Positions 26,363-35,754 of a stretch of 58,043 bases of DNA are shown here, in pieces. The notes beneath the pieces were generated by a model. The model ran no database searches and had not been told where the DNA came from. It was given only the letters and a program-made list of their open reading frames with translations. Position numbers and translations under genes: made by a program. The DNA comes from Candidatus Woesearchaeota archaeon (GTDB lineage Archaea; Nanobdellota; Nanobdellia; Woesearchaeales; JACPBO01): NCBI GenBank assembly GCA_016180285.1, contig JACPBO010000011.1, positions 1 to 58,043 on the forward strand. The letters run 5' to 3'. The stretch's first letter is position 1. Each line of letters starts with the position of its first letter.

Positions 26363-29300
26363 TCAAGCCCCTAGCTGCCCTTCTGTTAATCCTTTTCTTT
26401 CAATGATCTTCTTTATTATGATCGCCTGCAATTCTGCAGGAACAGGCTCGAACATTTGATCAATTAGAGAAGAAACTCCTCTTCCGCTTGTTGCGCTTCT
26501 TAAGTCAGATGCCCAGCCGAGCAATTCAGCTACCGGCATCTTTGCTTTTGCAACAAAACCCATTCCTTCCTGGTTCATCTCAAACAACTGGCCTCTTTTT
26601 CTTGAAACAAGCTTTGAAATCTCACCCATATACTCTGCAGGGCCTTCAATAAGCAGAACTTGCAATGGCTCAAGAAGAACAGGCTTGGCATACATCATTG
26701 CGCCTCTTATGCCCTCTCTTACAGCAGGATAAACCTGAGCAGGTCCTCTGTGAATAGCATCTTCATGCAGCTTTACATCAGTTAATGTCACTTTGATTTT
26801 GTTGCATGGCTCTCTGCATAAGGGTCCTGCTCTCATAACCTCTTCAAAAGCATCTATTATAAGCTCCATAACTTCCGGAAGATGAACCTCGCCCCTGGTT
26901 ATTTCTATCAACATGTTGTCTTTATAGATATCCTTGACTCTTCTTGAAGTTTTGCTGTCCATTCCCCTGATCTCCAGATTCTTCCACAGCTCTTCATCCT
27001 TTTTCCTTATTCTCATTTCAGGAAGAATTCCATCAACTGCTGCTTTGTAGATTTCATCATTAAGCGGCTCAACAACAAACATGAATTTATTGTGCTTATT
27101 GGGAGTTTTTCCCTCAATTTCAGGAGATTGTTTTGTGATAGACTCTCTGTAAACAACTATTGGCGGCGATGTCTTGACATCAACGCCTTTCTCTGTTTTT
27201 ATTCTTCCTTCTATAATTTCAAGATGAAGCTCACCCATTCCGGACATCAGATGCTCGCCGGTTTCTTCATTAATTTCTATTTTAATGGAAGGGTCTTCTT
27301 TTGCAACTTTCCTGAGAACTTCGACAAGCTTTGGAAGGTCCATTGGCTTTGCAGCCTCTATTGCTTTTGTGATTACCGGCTCAAATATGTGCTTTAACTC
27401 TGTGAAAGCCTGCTCCGGCTCAGCTGTTATTGTTTCGCCTGCATTTCCAACAACTCCTGCAATTGCCAGCACGTTCCCTGCTGTAACCTCTTCCATCTGC
27501 GCAACTTTTCCGTTTGGGTTGCAGCTTATAATATCTTTTCCAAATTCAGATTCAGGGTCGCCGTGCCATATTTTCGGGATTCTGTATTTTTGGGCCTCAA
27601 GCGGATCAGGAAGGTGCTTTATAACCATGTCAAGCACAACTTCATGCAAAGGCGCATTTTCCCATACCCATTTTTTTCTCTCCTCTCCGCTCAGCTCGTA
27701 AATCTTAAGAATGTCCTTGAAGCCTATGTTTTTCTTCTTCATAAACGGAACAGACATTGCCCAGTTGTCCCTTGCTGAGCCGAATGCAACGCTTCCATCC
27801 ATGATATCAACCTGAAATTTCTTCTTTAATTCAGGCTCTGCTATCTCATCTATTAAAACATTGAAATCCTTGAAAATCTTCATAAACCTTTCCTGCATCT
27901 GCTCCGGAGTAAACTGCAGCTCTTTTATCAGCCTGTCAACCTTATTAATAAAAAGAAGCGGCTTAACCCTTTCCCTTAATGCCTGTTTTATAACAGTTTC
28001 AGTCTGCGGCATTATGCCTTCGCAAGCGCAAACTAAGACGATTGTTCCGTCAATAGCTCGCATTGCCCTTGTAACATTTCCGCTGAAATCAATGTGCCCG
28101 GGAGTGTCAATCAAATTAATAAGATATTCCTTGCCTTCAAACTCATGCACCATTGAAACATTTGCAGCATCAACTGTAAGCAATCTGTCCTGCTCATCCT
28201 TGTGCTGCCACGTCTCCATTCCAGCATCTAAGCTTCCGGCATTTTTTTCAGCCATCAAGCCTGCAGCTGCAAGAAGGTTGTCTGTGAAAGCTGTATTATG
28301 AATGACCATGCCCTCTGCTACAAAATTGTGAGTTTCAGGAACAGTGAAATCATAAACCACTTCCTCAAATCCCTGCTCGATTGATTTTACTTCTATGAAC
28401 GCAAGGTCTTCATCGCCTTTATCTTTCAATAATTTATTGACGAGCATAAGTTTATTTCCGACTTTCACAGTATCACAAACAATGCTTCCAGAAACTGCGT
28501 TAACTAGAGTCTTTAATTTTTCAATTTTTTCTTTTAGTCCAAAGCCTATCTGTTTCTCAAAATTAATTGCGGATAATCCTGAGATGGTTAGGGCATTATC
28601 TTTTTCTTTTATGGCAATGCAGCCGAATCTCAAGAGCAATAAATGCAAATCATCAATCATTTTTTGGCTTGCAGAAGATAGCGTAACAGCGCTTCTAGAT
28701 TTTTCAACCCCCCCATCAGTATCAAAATAACCTTTTAATAATTGTGCAATGTACTTTTTATCAGAATTAAATACGAAATCCGATATTTTAATGTTGTGGG
28801 CTTTTTTCTTCAACGGATAATCAAATAGGCATTTTAACACATATGCAAGAGTCATGTTTGTAATAATCTCGGGTGTTTTTTCTTTCCATTGGACTTTTGT
28901 TGTTTTAATGCCTACTTTTCTGCATATTTCAATGACTTTATTTCCCAAATCATCTTTTCCAACAACAAATTTTTTTCCAGAACCATCTCCTAAAAATAAA
29001 CCTGCAAGGTAAAAGAGTTCTTCAAAATTTACAGGCAACTTTATTTTTAATGAATTTTGGCCCCTTTGCTTTCCAGTTCTGTAAAAAATGAAACTAATAT
29101 TGTCGTAAATCATTTCGATATCAAGATTGAAGAGATTACATATCTTGAGCAAATCATTTAAATTATGCCTGTTCTGCCATAGCCCATGATAAAAAGATTT
29201 GGGTTTAACAGAAATTGGCAGTTGCTTTAAATTCTTAATGCCATATTCCAGGATTTTTTTCTTCAATGATGAGCCAAAATCTGGTTTAAGATTGACATAA

Positions 29301-29827
29301 AAATTTTCAGTTGAAAGTTTTTCTAGAATTTTTCTTTTTGTATTCATAGTTGAGTTTGCATCCAACTTTCTTGCACATACAACCCTGTCGCCAAGCTTCA
29401 AGTCTTTAGCTTCAAGTTCTATAAAATTTCCATCCTTGGAAACAATATACTTGTGCTCTGGGGTTGTGGCGATCTCAAATCTGTTTCTTAATTTTATTTT
29501 AATTGTTTTTCCGCCTGTTAGCCTCCAGGCATATTGAATTTCTTTTTTCTCGAGTCTCCCTGTGTTTTTGTTAAGGGAAAAGACGGTTATTGATTTATTT
29601 GGAGAAAAAATAGTGCAATCTTCGTTTTCTTTGAAAACATTGCCGTTATTCGAAACTTCCTCATAGACTTCTTGTGCTGTTTTTATACGCCCATCAGCCA
29701 ATATCAACCTTGAATTGCCGGATATGCATTTTCCGTGATGTATGTGCGCAGAGGTGCAGATATTCCTGATCTGTGTCTGCGCCCTCATCAATCTCCTGAA
29801 TTTGTCTAGTTTTGTTTCTGCTGCCAT
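26363..29827 (-). CDS. fusA: translation elongation factor aEF-2 containing an intein
   Basis: G motifs AHIHHGK/T (split by the intein), DTPGH and NKVD. Diphthamide-site HEDAIHRGPAQV. C-terminal domains III-V are recognisable. Confidence 0.95.
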   Translation of the reverse strand: MAAETKLDKFRRLMRAQTQIRNICTSAHIHHGKCISGNSRLILADGRIKTAQEVYEEVSNNGNVFKENEDCTIFSPNKSITVFSLNKNTGRLEKKEIQYAWRLTGGKTIKIKLRNRFEIATTPEHKYIVSKDGNFIELEAKDLKLGDRVVCARKLDANSTMNTKRKILEKLSTENFYVNLKPDFGSSLKKKILEYGIKNLKQLPISVKPKSFYHGLWQNRHNLNDLLKICNLFNLDIEMIYDNISFIFYRTGKQRGQNSLKIKLPVNFEELFYLAGLFLGDGSGKKFVVGKDDLGNKVIEICRKVGIKTTKVQWKEKTPEIITNMTLAYVLKCLFDYPLKKKAHNIKISDFVFNSDKKYIAQLLKGYFDTDGGVEKSRSAVTLSSASQKMIDDLHLLLLRFGCIAIKEKDNALTISGLSAINFEKQIGFGLKEKIEKLKTLVNAVSGSIVCDTVKVGNKLMLVNKLLKDKGDEDLAFIEVKSIEQGFEEVVYDFTVPETHNFVAEGMVIHNTAFTDNLLAAAGLMAEKNAGSLDAGMETWQHKDEQDRLLTVDAANVSMVHEFEGKEYLINLIDTPGHIDFSGNVTRAMRAIDGTIVLVCACEGIMPQTETVIKQALRERVKPLLFINKVDRLIKELQFTPEQMQERFMKIFKDFNVLIDEIAEPELKKKFQVDIMDGSVAFGSARDNWAMSVPFMKKKNIGFKDILKIYELSGEERKKWVWENAPLHEVVLDMVIKHLPDPLEAQKYRIPKIWHGDPESEFGKDIISCNPNGKVAQMEEVTAGNVLAIAGVVGNAGETITAEPEQAFTELKHIFEPVITKAIEAAKPMDLPKLVEVLRKVAKEDPSIKIEINEETGEHLMSGMGELHLEIIEGRIKTEKGVDVKTSPPIVVYRESITKQSPEIEGKTPNKHNKFMFVVEPLNDEIYKAAVDGILPEMRIRKKDEELWKNLEIRGMDSKTSRRVKDIYKDNMLIEITRGEVHLPEVMELIIDAFEEVMRAGPLCREPCNKIKVTLTDVKLHEDAIHRGPAQVYPAVREGIRGAMMYAKPVLLEPLQVLLIEGPAEYMGEISKLVSRKRGQLFEMNQEGMGFVAKAKMPVAELLGWASDLRSATSGRGVSSLIDQMFEPVPAELQAIIIKKIIERKGLTEGQLGA
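28295..29728 (-). mobile_element. 478-aa intein with LAGLIDADG homing-endonuclease domain, inserted in the EF-2 P-loop (GK|T)
   Basis: Starts at Cys (CISGNSRLILADG). Block B TPEH, LAGLIDADG motifs LAGLFLGDGSG and LLKGYFDTDGG, and a C-terminal VYDFTVPETHNFVAEGMVIHN followed by +1 Thr (TAFTDNLL). Residues 34..511 of the ORF. Confidence 0.9.
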
Positions 29828-29830
29828 TTT

Positions 29831-30310
29831 TTAGAAAACATGAATTTCATGCACGGTTTTATAGCTGTGCAGCTCATTTTTATTGAACCACAGCTCTATC
29901 TCTTTTTTTGCCTCTTCTTTTGAAGATGACGCATGTATAAGGTTCTTTATCGAAATTCCTTTCCTGTCAGTGTACTCGTAAGAATGATGCGCAAAATCTC
30001 CCCTTATTGTTCCGGGCAGCGCAGTCCTTGGCTCTGTTGCTCCTACAAGCTTTCTTACAATCTCAACTGCATGCAGGCCTTCCATGACAATCGCAATTAC
30101 AGGGCCGGATGTGATAAAATCTTCCAGCCCTTTATAGAATGGCTTCTTAATATGGGCTTCATAATGCTTTTTTGAAAAATCCTTGCTCAGCCAAACCATT
30201 TTCATGCCAACTATCTTCAGCCCTGCATTTTCAAACCTGTCAATGATTTTGCCGCTGATGCTTCTTTGTACTGCATCAGGCTTCATCATTATAAATGTTC
30301 TCTCAATCAT
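29831..30310 (-). CDS. ndk: nucleoside diphosphate kinase
   Basis: 159 aa. ERTFIMMKPDAV, GTIRGDF and NLIHAS (active-site His). Confidence 0.93.
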   Translation of the reverse strand: MIERTFIMMKPDAVQRSISGKIIDRFENAGLKIVGMKMVWLSKDFSKKHYEAHIKKPFYKGLEDFITSGPVIAIVMEGLHAVEIVRKLVGATEPRTALPGTIRGDFAHHSYEYTDRKGISIKNLIHASSSKEEAKKEIELWFNKNELHSYKTVHEIHVF

Positions 30311-30492
30311 TTTTTACCCTCTTTCAACCTTTTATGCTCAGCTGTCCATTTTAATTTTCTTGGGCTTCTGTTTAAGTTGAGATTTCTCTCGCATTTTGAA
30401 GAGCAGAAATAAAGCATGCTGCCGTCATTCTTCACAAGCATTTTTCCTGTTCCCGGCTTCAGTAAATTGCTGCAAAATATGCATTTCGCCAT
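30307..30492 (-). CDS. rpl24e: 50S ribosomal protein L24e
   Basis: 61 aa. C..C....PGTGKMLVKNDGSMLYFCSSKCERN zinc-ribbon pattern, then RKLKWT. Confidence 0.9.
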   Translation of the reverse strand: MAKCIFCSNLLKPGTGKMLVKNDGSMLYFCSSKCERNLNLNRSPRKLKWTAEHKRLKEGKK

Positions 30493-30493
30493 T

Positions 30494-30817
30494 TTATTTC
30501 CTTCCGCTCTGCGTAAGCCTCTGGGCTTCTATCTCTGTTTCCCTTAGCATCAAAATATCCCCTATTCTTATCGGGCCTTTGACATTTCTTCTCAAGGTCT
30601 TGTTCTGGTCGCGGCCTTCAAGCACTTTGCACCTGATTTGTATCGCTTCCCCCCTTGTCCCTGTTCTTCCTATGACTTCTTCAACTCTTGCAGGAATTGC
30701 CTGCGTAAAGCTGATTACGCCTTTCTTTTCTTCCTCTGCTTTCTGGGGCCTTTGCTGTACTTCTTTCTTGCCGTCTGTTTTAAGGTGCTTTGTAACATCA
30801 GTTTGCGGTTTAGCCAT
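30494..30817 (-). CDS. rps28e: 30S ribosomal protein S28e with a ~35-aa Lys/Glu-rich N-terminal extension
   Basis: C-terminal 70 aa [57 protein letters not shown] match S28e. Confidence 0.9.
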   Translation of the reverse strand: MAKPQTDVTKHLKTDGKKEVQQRPQKAEEEKKGVISFTQAIPARVEEVIGRTGTRGEAIQIRCKVLEGRDQNKTLRRNVKGPIRIGDILMLRETEIEAQRLTQSGRK

Positions 30818-30818
30818 T

Positions 30819-31007
30819 TTATCTTAAGCTGTTTGTTATCTCTTTTAATAAGTCTTTTGCTTCGCCTTCATTCACTATTGCAACGCTGACTGTCGGAACA
30901 TCCAGCCCGGCAGCTGCGCCAAGCTCTTCCCTTGATGTGACTTTAACGCATGCAATGTTCTTTTCCTTGCACACCTTTTCTATTGTTTCCTTTGATGCTT
31001 CAGCCAT
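30819..31007 (-). CDS. rpl7ae: L7Ae-family protein, C-terminal half only (62 aa)
   Basis: [51 protein letters not shown] aligns with the C-terminal half of archaeal L7Ae ([41 protein letters not shown]..). ATG at 31007 follows GGAGGT. It sits in the canonical L7Ae-S28e-L24e-ndk position, but the N-terminal K-turn-binding half is absent. Confidence 0.6.
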   Translation of the reverse strand: MAEASKETIEKVCKEKNIACVKVTSREELGAAAGLDVPTVSVAIVNEGEAKDLLKEITNSLR

Positions 31008-31642
31008 TTTAACCTCCAATTTTTCTTTTCTGGAGAACAATCAGAATTGTCTCCTCATTCGGGCAATGATGCCTTCATTAATCATTGGTTTATATTAATT
31101 TAGAGAAAAATGGGTTTGTTTATAAAGTTTGTTGTTTTTTGCAAATAATGCTTTTGCAGCTCTGCTCGTTATTTCTCTGCTTGAAATTTGCTTCTGATTT
31201 CATTAATCTTTTTTCTGATTTTTTAACTTCTCCAGCATAATATTCTCTGCCAAAATCATTCGTAAATAGTGGTAGGGCTTGCAGAGTGTTTTTAGTCATG
31301 CTTACTTTTTTATACATATGTATGATTAATAATACAGCCAATGTATGACTCTTACGGAAATCAATTTAAGACATCTTATTGTTCTTTTAGAAAAAGGGGT
31401 TTATTTATGAAGTTTTTTGGATTTTTGATGTTAAAGCAATTCTGCAAGATCTTTCATATCCCTGTCTGCAGCATGCATGTAGATCTAAGTTGTCTGAGGT
31501 TTGCATGGCAGCATATTCTATTTCCCGCAATAACTTCGAGAAATAGTTGTTGATGTTCAATCGGCAAATGGCGAATTAGTGGAAAGGGCAAAACTCCAAA
31601 GCCGAAAGATTTATATACTACTCTACAGTTATATCACATAAG

Positions 31643-32038
31643 ATGGAAAAAGATTTAGTATTAATTGCAACAACTGAAGAAGTTTTAAAATATGCCGATA
31701 AAGCTTGTGTTCAAGCAAGTGAAGAATTCAGAAGGGAATTCCAACTAGATAGTAGCCGACCATTTGTAAATTATTTCCTTCATATGATTCAAAATGGTAA
31801 TCGAAGAACATCTTATCATGATAATTTTAGTATATTAACTCTTGATAAATTTGATCCAAAACCTGATTTAGATGGTATGGTTGACAAATATTTGCATGTA
31901 GGAATTCCAGGCACTACTATTAGAATGGTCATGCCTCCATTAATTATTACAAATGCAGAAGCACGATCTGAAGTCTTGGAAGCTTTTAAGAAAGCTGGGT
32001 ATCATAGAACTGTAGATTTACTGAGAATGCAAAAATAA
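31643..32038 (+). CDS. hypothetical protein
   Basis: 131-aa ORF. BRE/TATA GAAAGATTTATATAC at 31604..31618, about 25-30 nt upstream of the ATG. Confidence 0.5.
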   Translation: MEKDLVLIATTEEVLKYADKACVQASEEFRREFQLDSSRPFVNYFLHMIQNGNRRTSYHDNFSILTLDKFDPKPDLDGMVDKYLHVGIPGTTIRMVMPPLIITNAEARSEVLEAFKKAGYHRTVDLLRMQK

Positions 32039-32226
32039 TTCTTGCCCTTTCTTCTTCTATTCTATTGAACTTCGTTCTTGATAGTATTTGCCATTTGCCG
32101 ACTTTTCGTACGAAATTTTCCCCCACTTTGTAGGATAAAAGAGTACAACGGCGATTTAAAGGAAAATTTGGTCGCTTACGCCAAATCGCCGCAACATTTT
32201 TATACCAATAATCAATTTAATCATAA

Positions 32227-32877
32227 ATGGAGCTCACTAAAGATCAATCAGATGCAATGCAGGAGAAGATCAGCAAGATGTCTCCAGAGGAGCTTAAGGA
32301 ATTCCAGAAGCAGCAGTGCGTATTCTGCCATATAATCTCCGGCAAAGTGCAGTCAAAGAAAGTTTATGAAGATGACAAGTGCATTGCAGTGCTTGACATC
32401 AATCCTGCCAATCCAGGGCATATGCTTGTTCTCCCAAAAGAGCATTATTCCATTATGCCGCAGATTCCGGAAGATGAAGTCGGCTATTATTTCAAGGTTG
32501 CCAAGGCGTTGTCGCAGGTAAGCCTGAAGGCATTGCAGAGCCATGGCACAACGATATTTGTTGCAAACGGCATTGCAGCAGGCCAGAAAGCGCAGCATTT
32601 TATGGTCCATGTTATCCCAAGAGTTGAAAATGATAATGTTGGATTGGAAATTCCTCATAATAGAATCAGCGAGGACGATCTGAACAAAGTAAGAAAGCTA
32701 TTGGCTGAAAAACTCGGAGCAGTGGAAGCGGAAATTGTAGAAGAGCCTAAGAAAGAGCTTGAAGAAAAAAAAGAAATCAAACCTGAAAAGAAAGCTAAAA
32801 AAGAAAAAACAGATAAAAAATCAGAAGAAAAAGTGGATCTTGATGACATTGCAAAATTATTGGGCGGCGGAAAATGA
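32227..32877 (+). CDS. HIT-family protein (variant motif HxMxH) with Lys/Glu-rich C-terminal tail
   Basis: CVFCHIISGK, NPANPGHMLVLPKEH and GQKAQHFMVHVIPR. Confidence 0.8.
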   Translation: MELTKDQSDAMQEKISKMSPEELKEFQKQQCVFCHIISGKVQSKKVYEDDKCIAVLDINPANPGHMLVLPKEHYSIMPQIPEDEVGYYFKVAKALSQVSLKALQSHGTTIFVANGIAAGQKAQHFMVHVIPRVENDNVGLEIPHNRISEDDLNKVRKLLAEKLGAVEAEIVEEPKKELEEKKEIKPEKKAKKEKTDKKSEEKVDLDDIAKLLGGGK

Positions 32878-33413
32878 TGGACAACTGCCCTTTCTGCGCA
32901 ATAATCGAGGGAAAAGCCGCTTCAAAGAAGATCTATGAAGATGAAAAAATAATCGCAATCCTTGATTTGAACCCTGCAAATGTGGGCCATGTCCTTGTCA
33001 TGCCGAAAGAGCATTACCCGATAATCGAGCAGGTTCCTGATCCTCTTGTTGATGCATTGTTTAAAATTGCAAACAGGATTTCCATGACTGTGTTTGAAAC
33101 ATTAAAGGCAGAAGGGACAAATATCATTGTTACGAACGGAATTGCAGCAGGCCAGAAAGCAGCGCACTTTATGGTGCATATCATCCCAAGAGCTCAAAAT
33201 GACAATATTAATTTCAACTGGAAGCCAAAGCAATTAAGCGAAGAAGAGATGTCAACAGTCGAGCTTAAGCTCAAGGAGCAGGCGAAAAAGATCGGAGAGT
33301 TTGAAAGGGAAAAGCCAAAGCCGATTGTGATCGAAGACAAGACTGAGAAGATCCCCGAGAAGATCGGGAAAGAGGAGAATTACCTGATAAAGCAGCTGGA
33401 GAGAATACCTTAG
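32874..33413 (+). CDS. HIT-family protein paralog (variant motif HxMxH)
   Basis: CPFCAIIEGK, NPANVGHVLVMPKEH and GQKAAHFMVHIIPR. Overlaps the upstream paralog by 4 nt (ATGA). Confidence 0.85.
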   Translation: MMDNCPFCAIIEGKAASKKIYEDEKIIAILDLNPANVGHVLVMPKEHYPIIEQVPDPLVDALFKIANRISMTVFETLKAEGTNIIVTNGIAAGQKAAHFMVHIIPRAQNDNINFNWKPKQLSEEEMSTVELKLKEQAKKIGEFEREKPKPIVIEDKTEKIPEKIGKEENYLIKQLERIP

Positions 33414-33416
33414 ATA

Positions 33417-34529
33417 ATGAAAAAGCACCCTAAATTCAGCATAGGCTTTATTATATTGTTGTTTGTTAGTTTTGTTTTTGGAGCAAATTCTCCTAGTGAA
33501 ATTTGGGATTTCAATTCCGATGCTAAAGAAATCTTAATAGGCAGTATAGTGAATATAGGCCTGCCTCCTGTCTCTTGGAATCTAACAGTTAATAAAGGCA
33601 TAGAAAACAAATATTTCGAATTAGGAATAATACAAGTCAGAAAAACCAGCAGTAATTTAACAGAAAGGAGAATTATAAAAATTCCTTTTTATCATTTTTT
33701 ATTGCCTGTTTCAGGAGGAAAAGAGGTGATAGTAGATAAAGGCGAATTGGTAAAGATTTATGCAAATCCAACAACCATAGATGAAGATGTTTTTGAGCTT
33801 GCGATCAGCGGAGACTCAATTATACGTTTAAAAAGCCTTAATGATTCAAGCATAGAAGAAGTTAGCAAAGATTGTTTTGTTTATAGGGGAAGTTTAGTAG
33901 TTCATTTTAAAGAAGGAACAACAGAAAAGCAGACGCATAATATTCTTTGGAAACCACATGTTGCTAGCCCATCAAGTCCACTTGACCCTTTAAATTTGAG
34001 CTATATGGTCTATTTTACAAGAAATTCAACTTATTCTGATATTAAAAAATATGCAGATGATTCCCAAAAAGAAGGTATTGTAGAAGATGTTAGATTACAA
34101 AACCATAATGTAAGTTGTTATCCTGATTATTCTGAAAATTTTGAAAAAATCCTAACTGAAGAAGTGAAATATGAGAGAATAGATGCAATTGGTACGATAC
34201 ATTGTTTAAAAGGTTGCATTTTTAGATACAGCAATACTTCCAATACAATTTTCTCATCTAATGATCAAATTAAGAGATTTGCAGAAAGCAATCAGACTGT
34301 AAGAATTACAGGGGAATTAACTGTAAGAGATTGGTGTGGGCAAGAAAGATGGGAAACAATGCAACAACCATGTAGGCAACACTTATTAGATATTTATTCT
34401 CTAATCCCGATAAGTTCTCCAGAAGAACCAGAAATTAAGGAAGAAAAACAAATTGATAAAATCTCCAAAGAGCCTGCTTCAAGCATATTTCAAAAAATTT
34501 GGAAGCACATTTTAAATTTATTTAAATAA
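33417..34529 (+). CDS. secreted or surface protein, hypothetical
   Basis: N-terminal signal-like MKKHPKFSIGFIILLFVSFVFGANS. Several N-x-S/T sequons and no TM helix afterwards. Confidence 0.55.
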   Translation: MKKHPKFSIGFIILLFVSFVFGANSPSEIWDFNSDAKEILIGSIVNIGLPPVSWNLTVNKGIENKYFELGIIQVRKTSSNLTERRIIKIPFYHFLLPVSGGKEVIVDKGELVKIYANPTTIDEDVFELAISGDSIIRLKSLNDSSIEEVSKDCFVYRGSLVVHFKEGTTEKQTHNILWKPHVASPSSPLDPLNLSYMVYFTRNSTYSDIKKYADDSQKEGIVEDVRLQNHNVSCYPDYSENFEKILTEEVKYERIDAIGTIHCLKGCIFRYSNTSNTIFSSNDQIKRFAESNQTVRITGELTVRDWCGQERWETMQQPCRQHLLDIYSLIPISSPEEPEIKEEKQIDKISKEPASSIFQKIWKHILNLFK

Positions 34530-34835
34530 CGATGGTCCTATCACATAAACCTTCATTCCTTTTTTACTTTCCCTATACCCCGCACTTGTCATATTGAACC
34601 TTTCACCACCGCAATCTCCGTCATAAAAAATCTCTCCGGTGTTTGGGTTTATTGCTTTTATAACAACTTGTTTATTATATATTTTTAATTGGTTGTAGAG
34701 CCTATTATATTCTACATTTTCAAATATTTCTTTTTCTTCATCTGTCAGCCTTTGCTCTGCTTTGGTGATTTCCCTGAACTTAAGCAAAAGTGCTTCTATT
34801 TTCTTATCCATTTTCTGCCTCTTTTGCAGCTCCAA
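34518..34835 (-). CDS. hypothetical protein
   Basis: 105-aa ORF. Its 5' part overlaps the 3' end of the PHP gene, so the true start may be the internal Met (MDKKIEALL). Confidence 0.4.
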   Translation of the reverse strand: MELQKRQKMDKKIEALLLKFREITKAEQRLTDEEKEIFENVEYNRLYNQLKIYNKQVVIKAINPNTGEIFYDGDCGGERFNMTSAGYRESKKGMKVYVIGPSLFK

Positions 34836-35754
34836 ATGAAAAGAATCCCAAAAATTCCTTTAGCTTCAAATAATTCAGATAAGTTTCAAAATTTCCTGAA
34901 GAAACTAGATTTTTAACAGCATCTGCATGGTTCATTCCGTTTTGCTTGAGCGCATTTTCATATGCTTTTTCATCAAAAGTTATTCCGCTTAAGCCATACA
35001 TGTATAACCTATGTGCGTCGCCGGAAGTTATAAGAGGAACGTTAAACTCCCCGGCATCCAGTTCTGCCCTTACCGGAGAATAAATCTGAACCAATGTTTC
35101 GGTTCCATTCTTTTCAATCGCAGCAGCGCCTTTATCAACAGCTTCTTCGATATTTTTTCTCCCATTAGCGCCAATGCCCTCCCAAAAATAGGGATGGTTG
35201 ATGACAACATAGCCTCCCATGTCAAACGCCCTGTCAATTGTTTCATCGAGGGGGATATTTTTATATGGCAGTCTGCCTTTATAGCAATGAATTCCTATTT
35301 CGCCCTTATCTGTCCAGTATTCAATTGACCTCAAAAGAACAAGCTGCCTGTCTTGGGAATGGATTACCATTGACCTTCCATCATTGTTCACTTCCAATTC
35401 GCACTTATTTTTGATGTTAAGCTTATATCTGCCTTCTTTTAACTGATCAAATGCCTCAGAATTTTCATGATCTGTAAGCGACCATATTGAAATCTCTTTC
35501 TCAAACAATAATTGGACTATCGCATTCAGATCATCGCCGTCAGAGAAACGTGAATGTGAATGATTTTCAAACCGCAAGCCAGCTTTGGGCTTTTGTGTTA
35601 TGCCAAACATTTGGCGGCCTAAGAATTTAACAACAAATTCCCTGGACAGAGAATAAGGATGATCAACGCCTTCTTTGGCAAAATTCTTTAAAACATAGCT
35701 GAGATGCTTGTTAGTTAGTATCCCTTTTACAGCGTCAATATTCATGATAACCAA
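34804..35754 (-). CDS. PHP-domain metal-dependent phosphoesterase
   Basis: FENHSHSRFSDG (HxH), SLTDHEN, VINHPY and SGDAHR motifs in PHP order. Confidence 0.7.
   Translation of the reverse strand: MVIMNIDAVKGILTNKHLSYVLKNFAKEGVDHPYSLSREFVVKFLGRQMFGITQKPKAGLRFENHSHSRFSDGDDLNAIVQLLFEKEISIWSLTDHENSEAFDQLKEGRYKLNIKNKCELEVNNDGRSMVIHSQDRQLVLLRSIEYWTDKGEIGIHCYKGRLPYKNIPLDETIDRAFDMGGYVVINHPYFWEGIGANGRKNIEEAVDKGAAAIEKNGTETLVQIYSPVRAELDAGEFNVPLITSGDAHRLYMYGLSGITFDEKAYENALKQNGMNHADAVKNLVSSGNFETYLNYLKLKEFLGFFSFGAAKEAENG

Noticed and set aside
31120-31553. ORFs 31120..31341 (-) and 31341..31553 (+) in the ~600-nt gap upstream of the L7Ae-like gene
   Set aside because: I see no motif, no convincing RBS or promoter, and an odd composition. 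I looked here for the missing L7Ae N-terminal half in all minus-strand frames and for an obvious structured RNA, and found neither. I leave the region unannotated rather than call genes.
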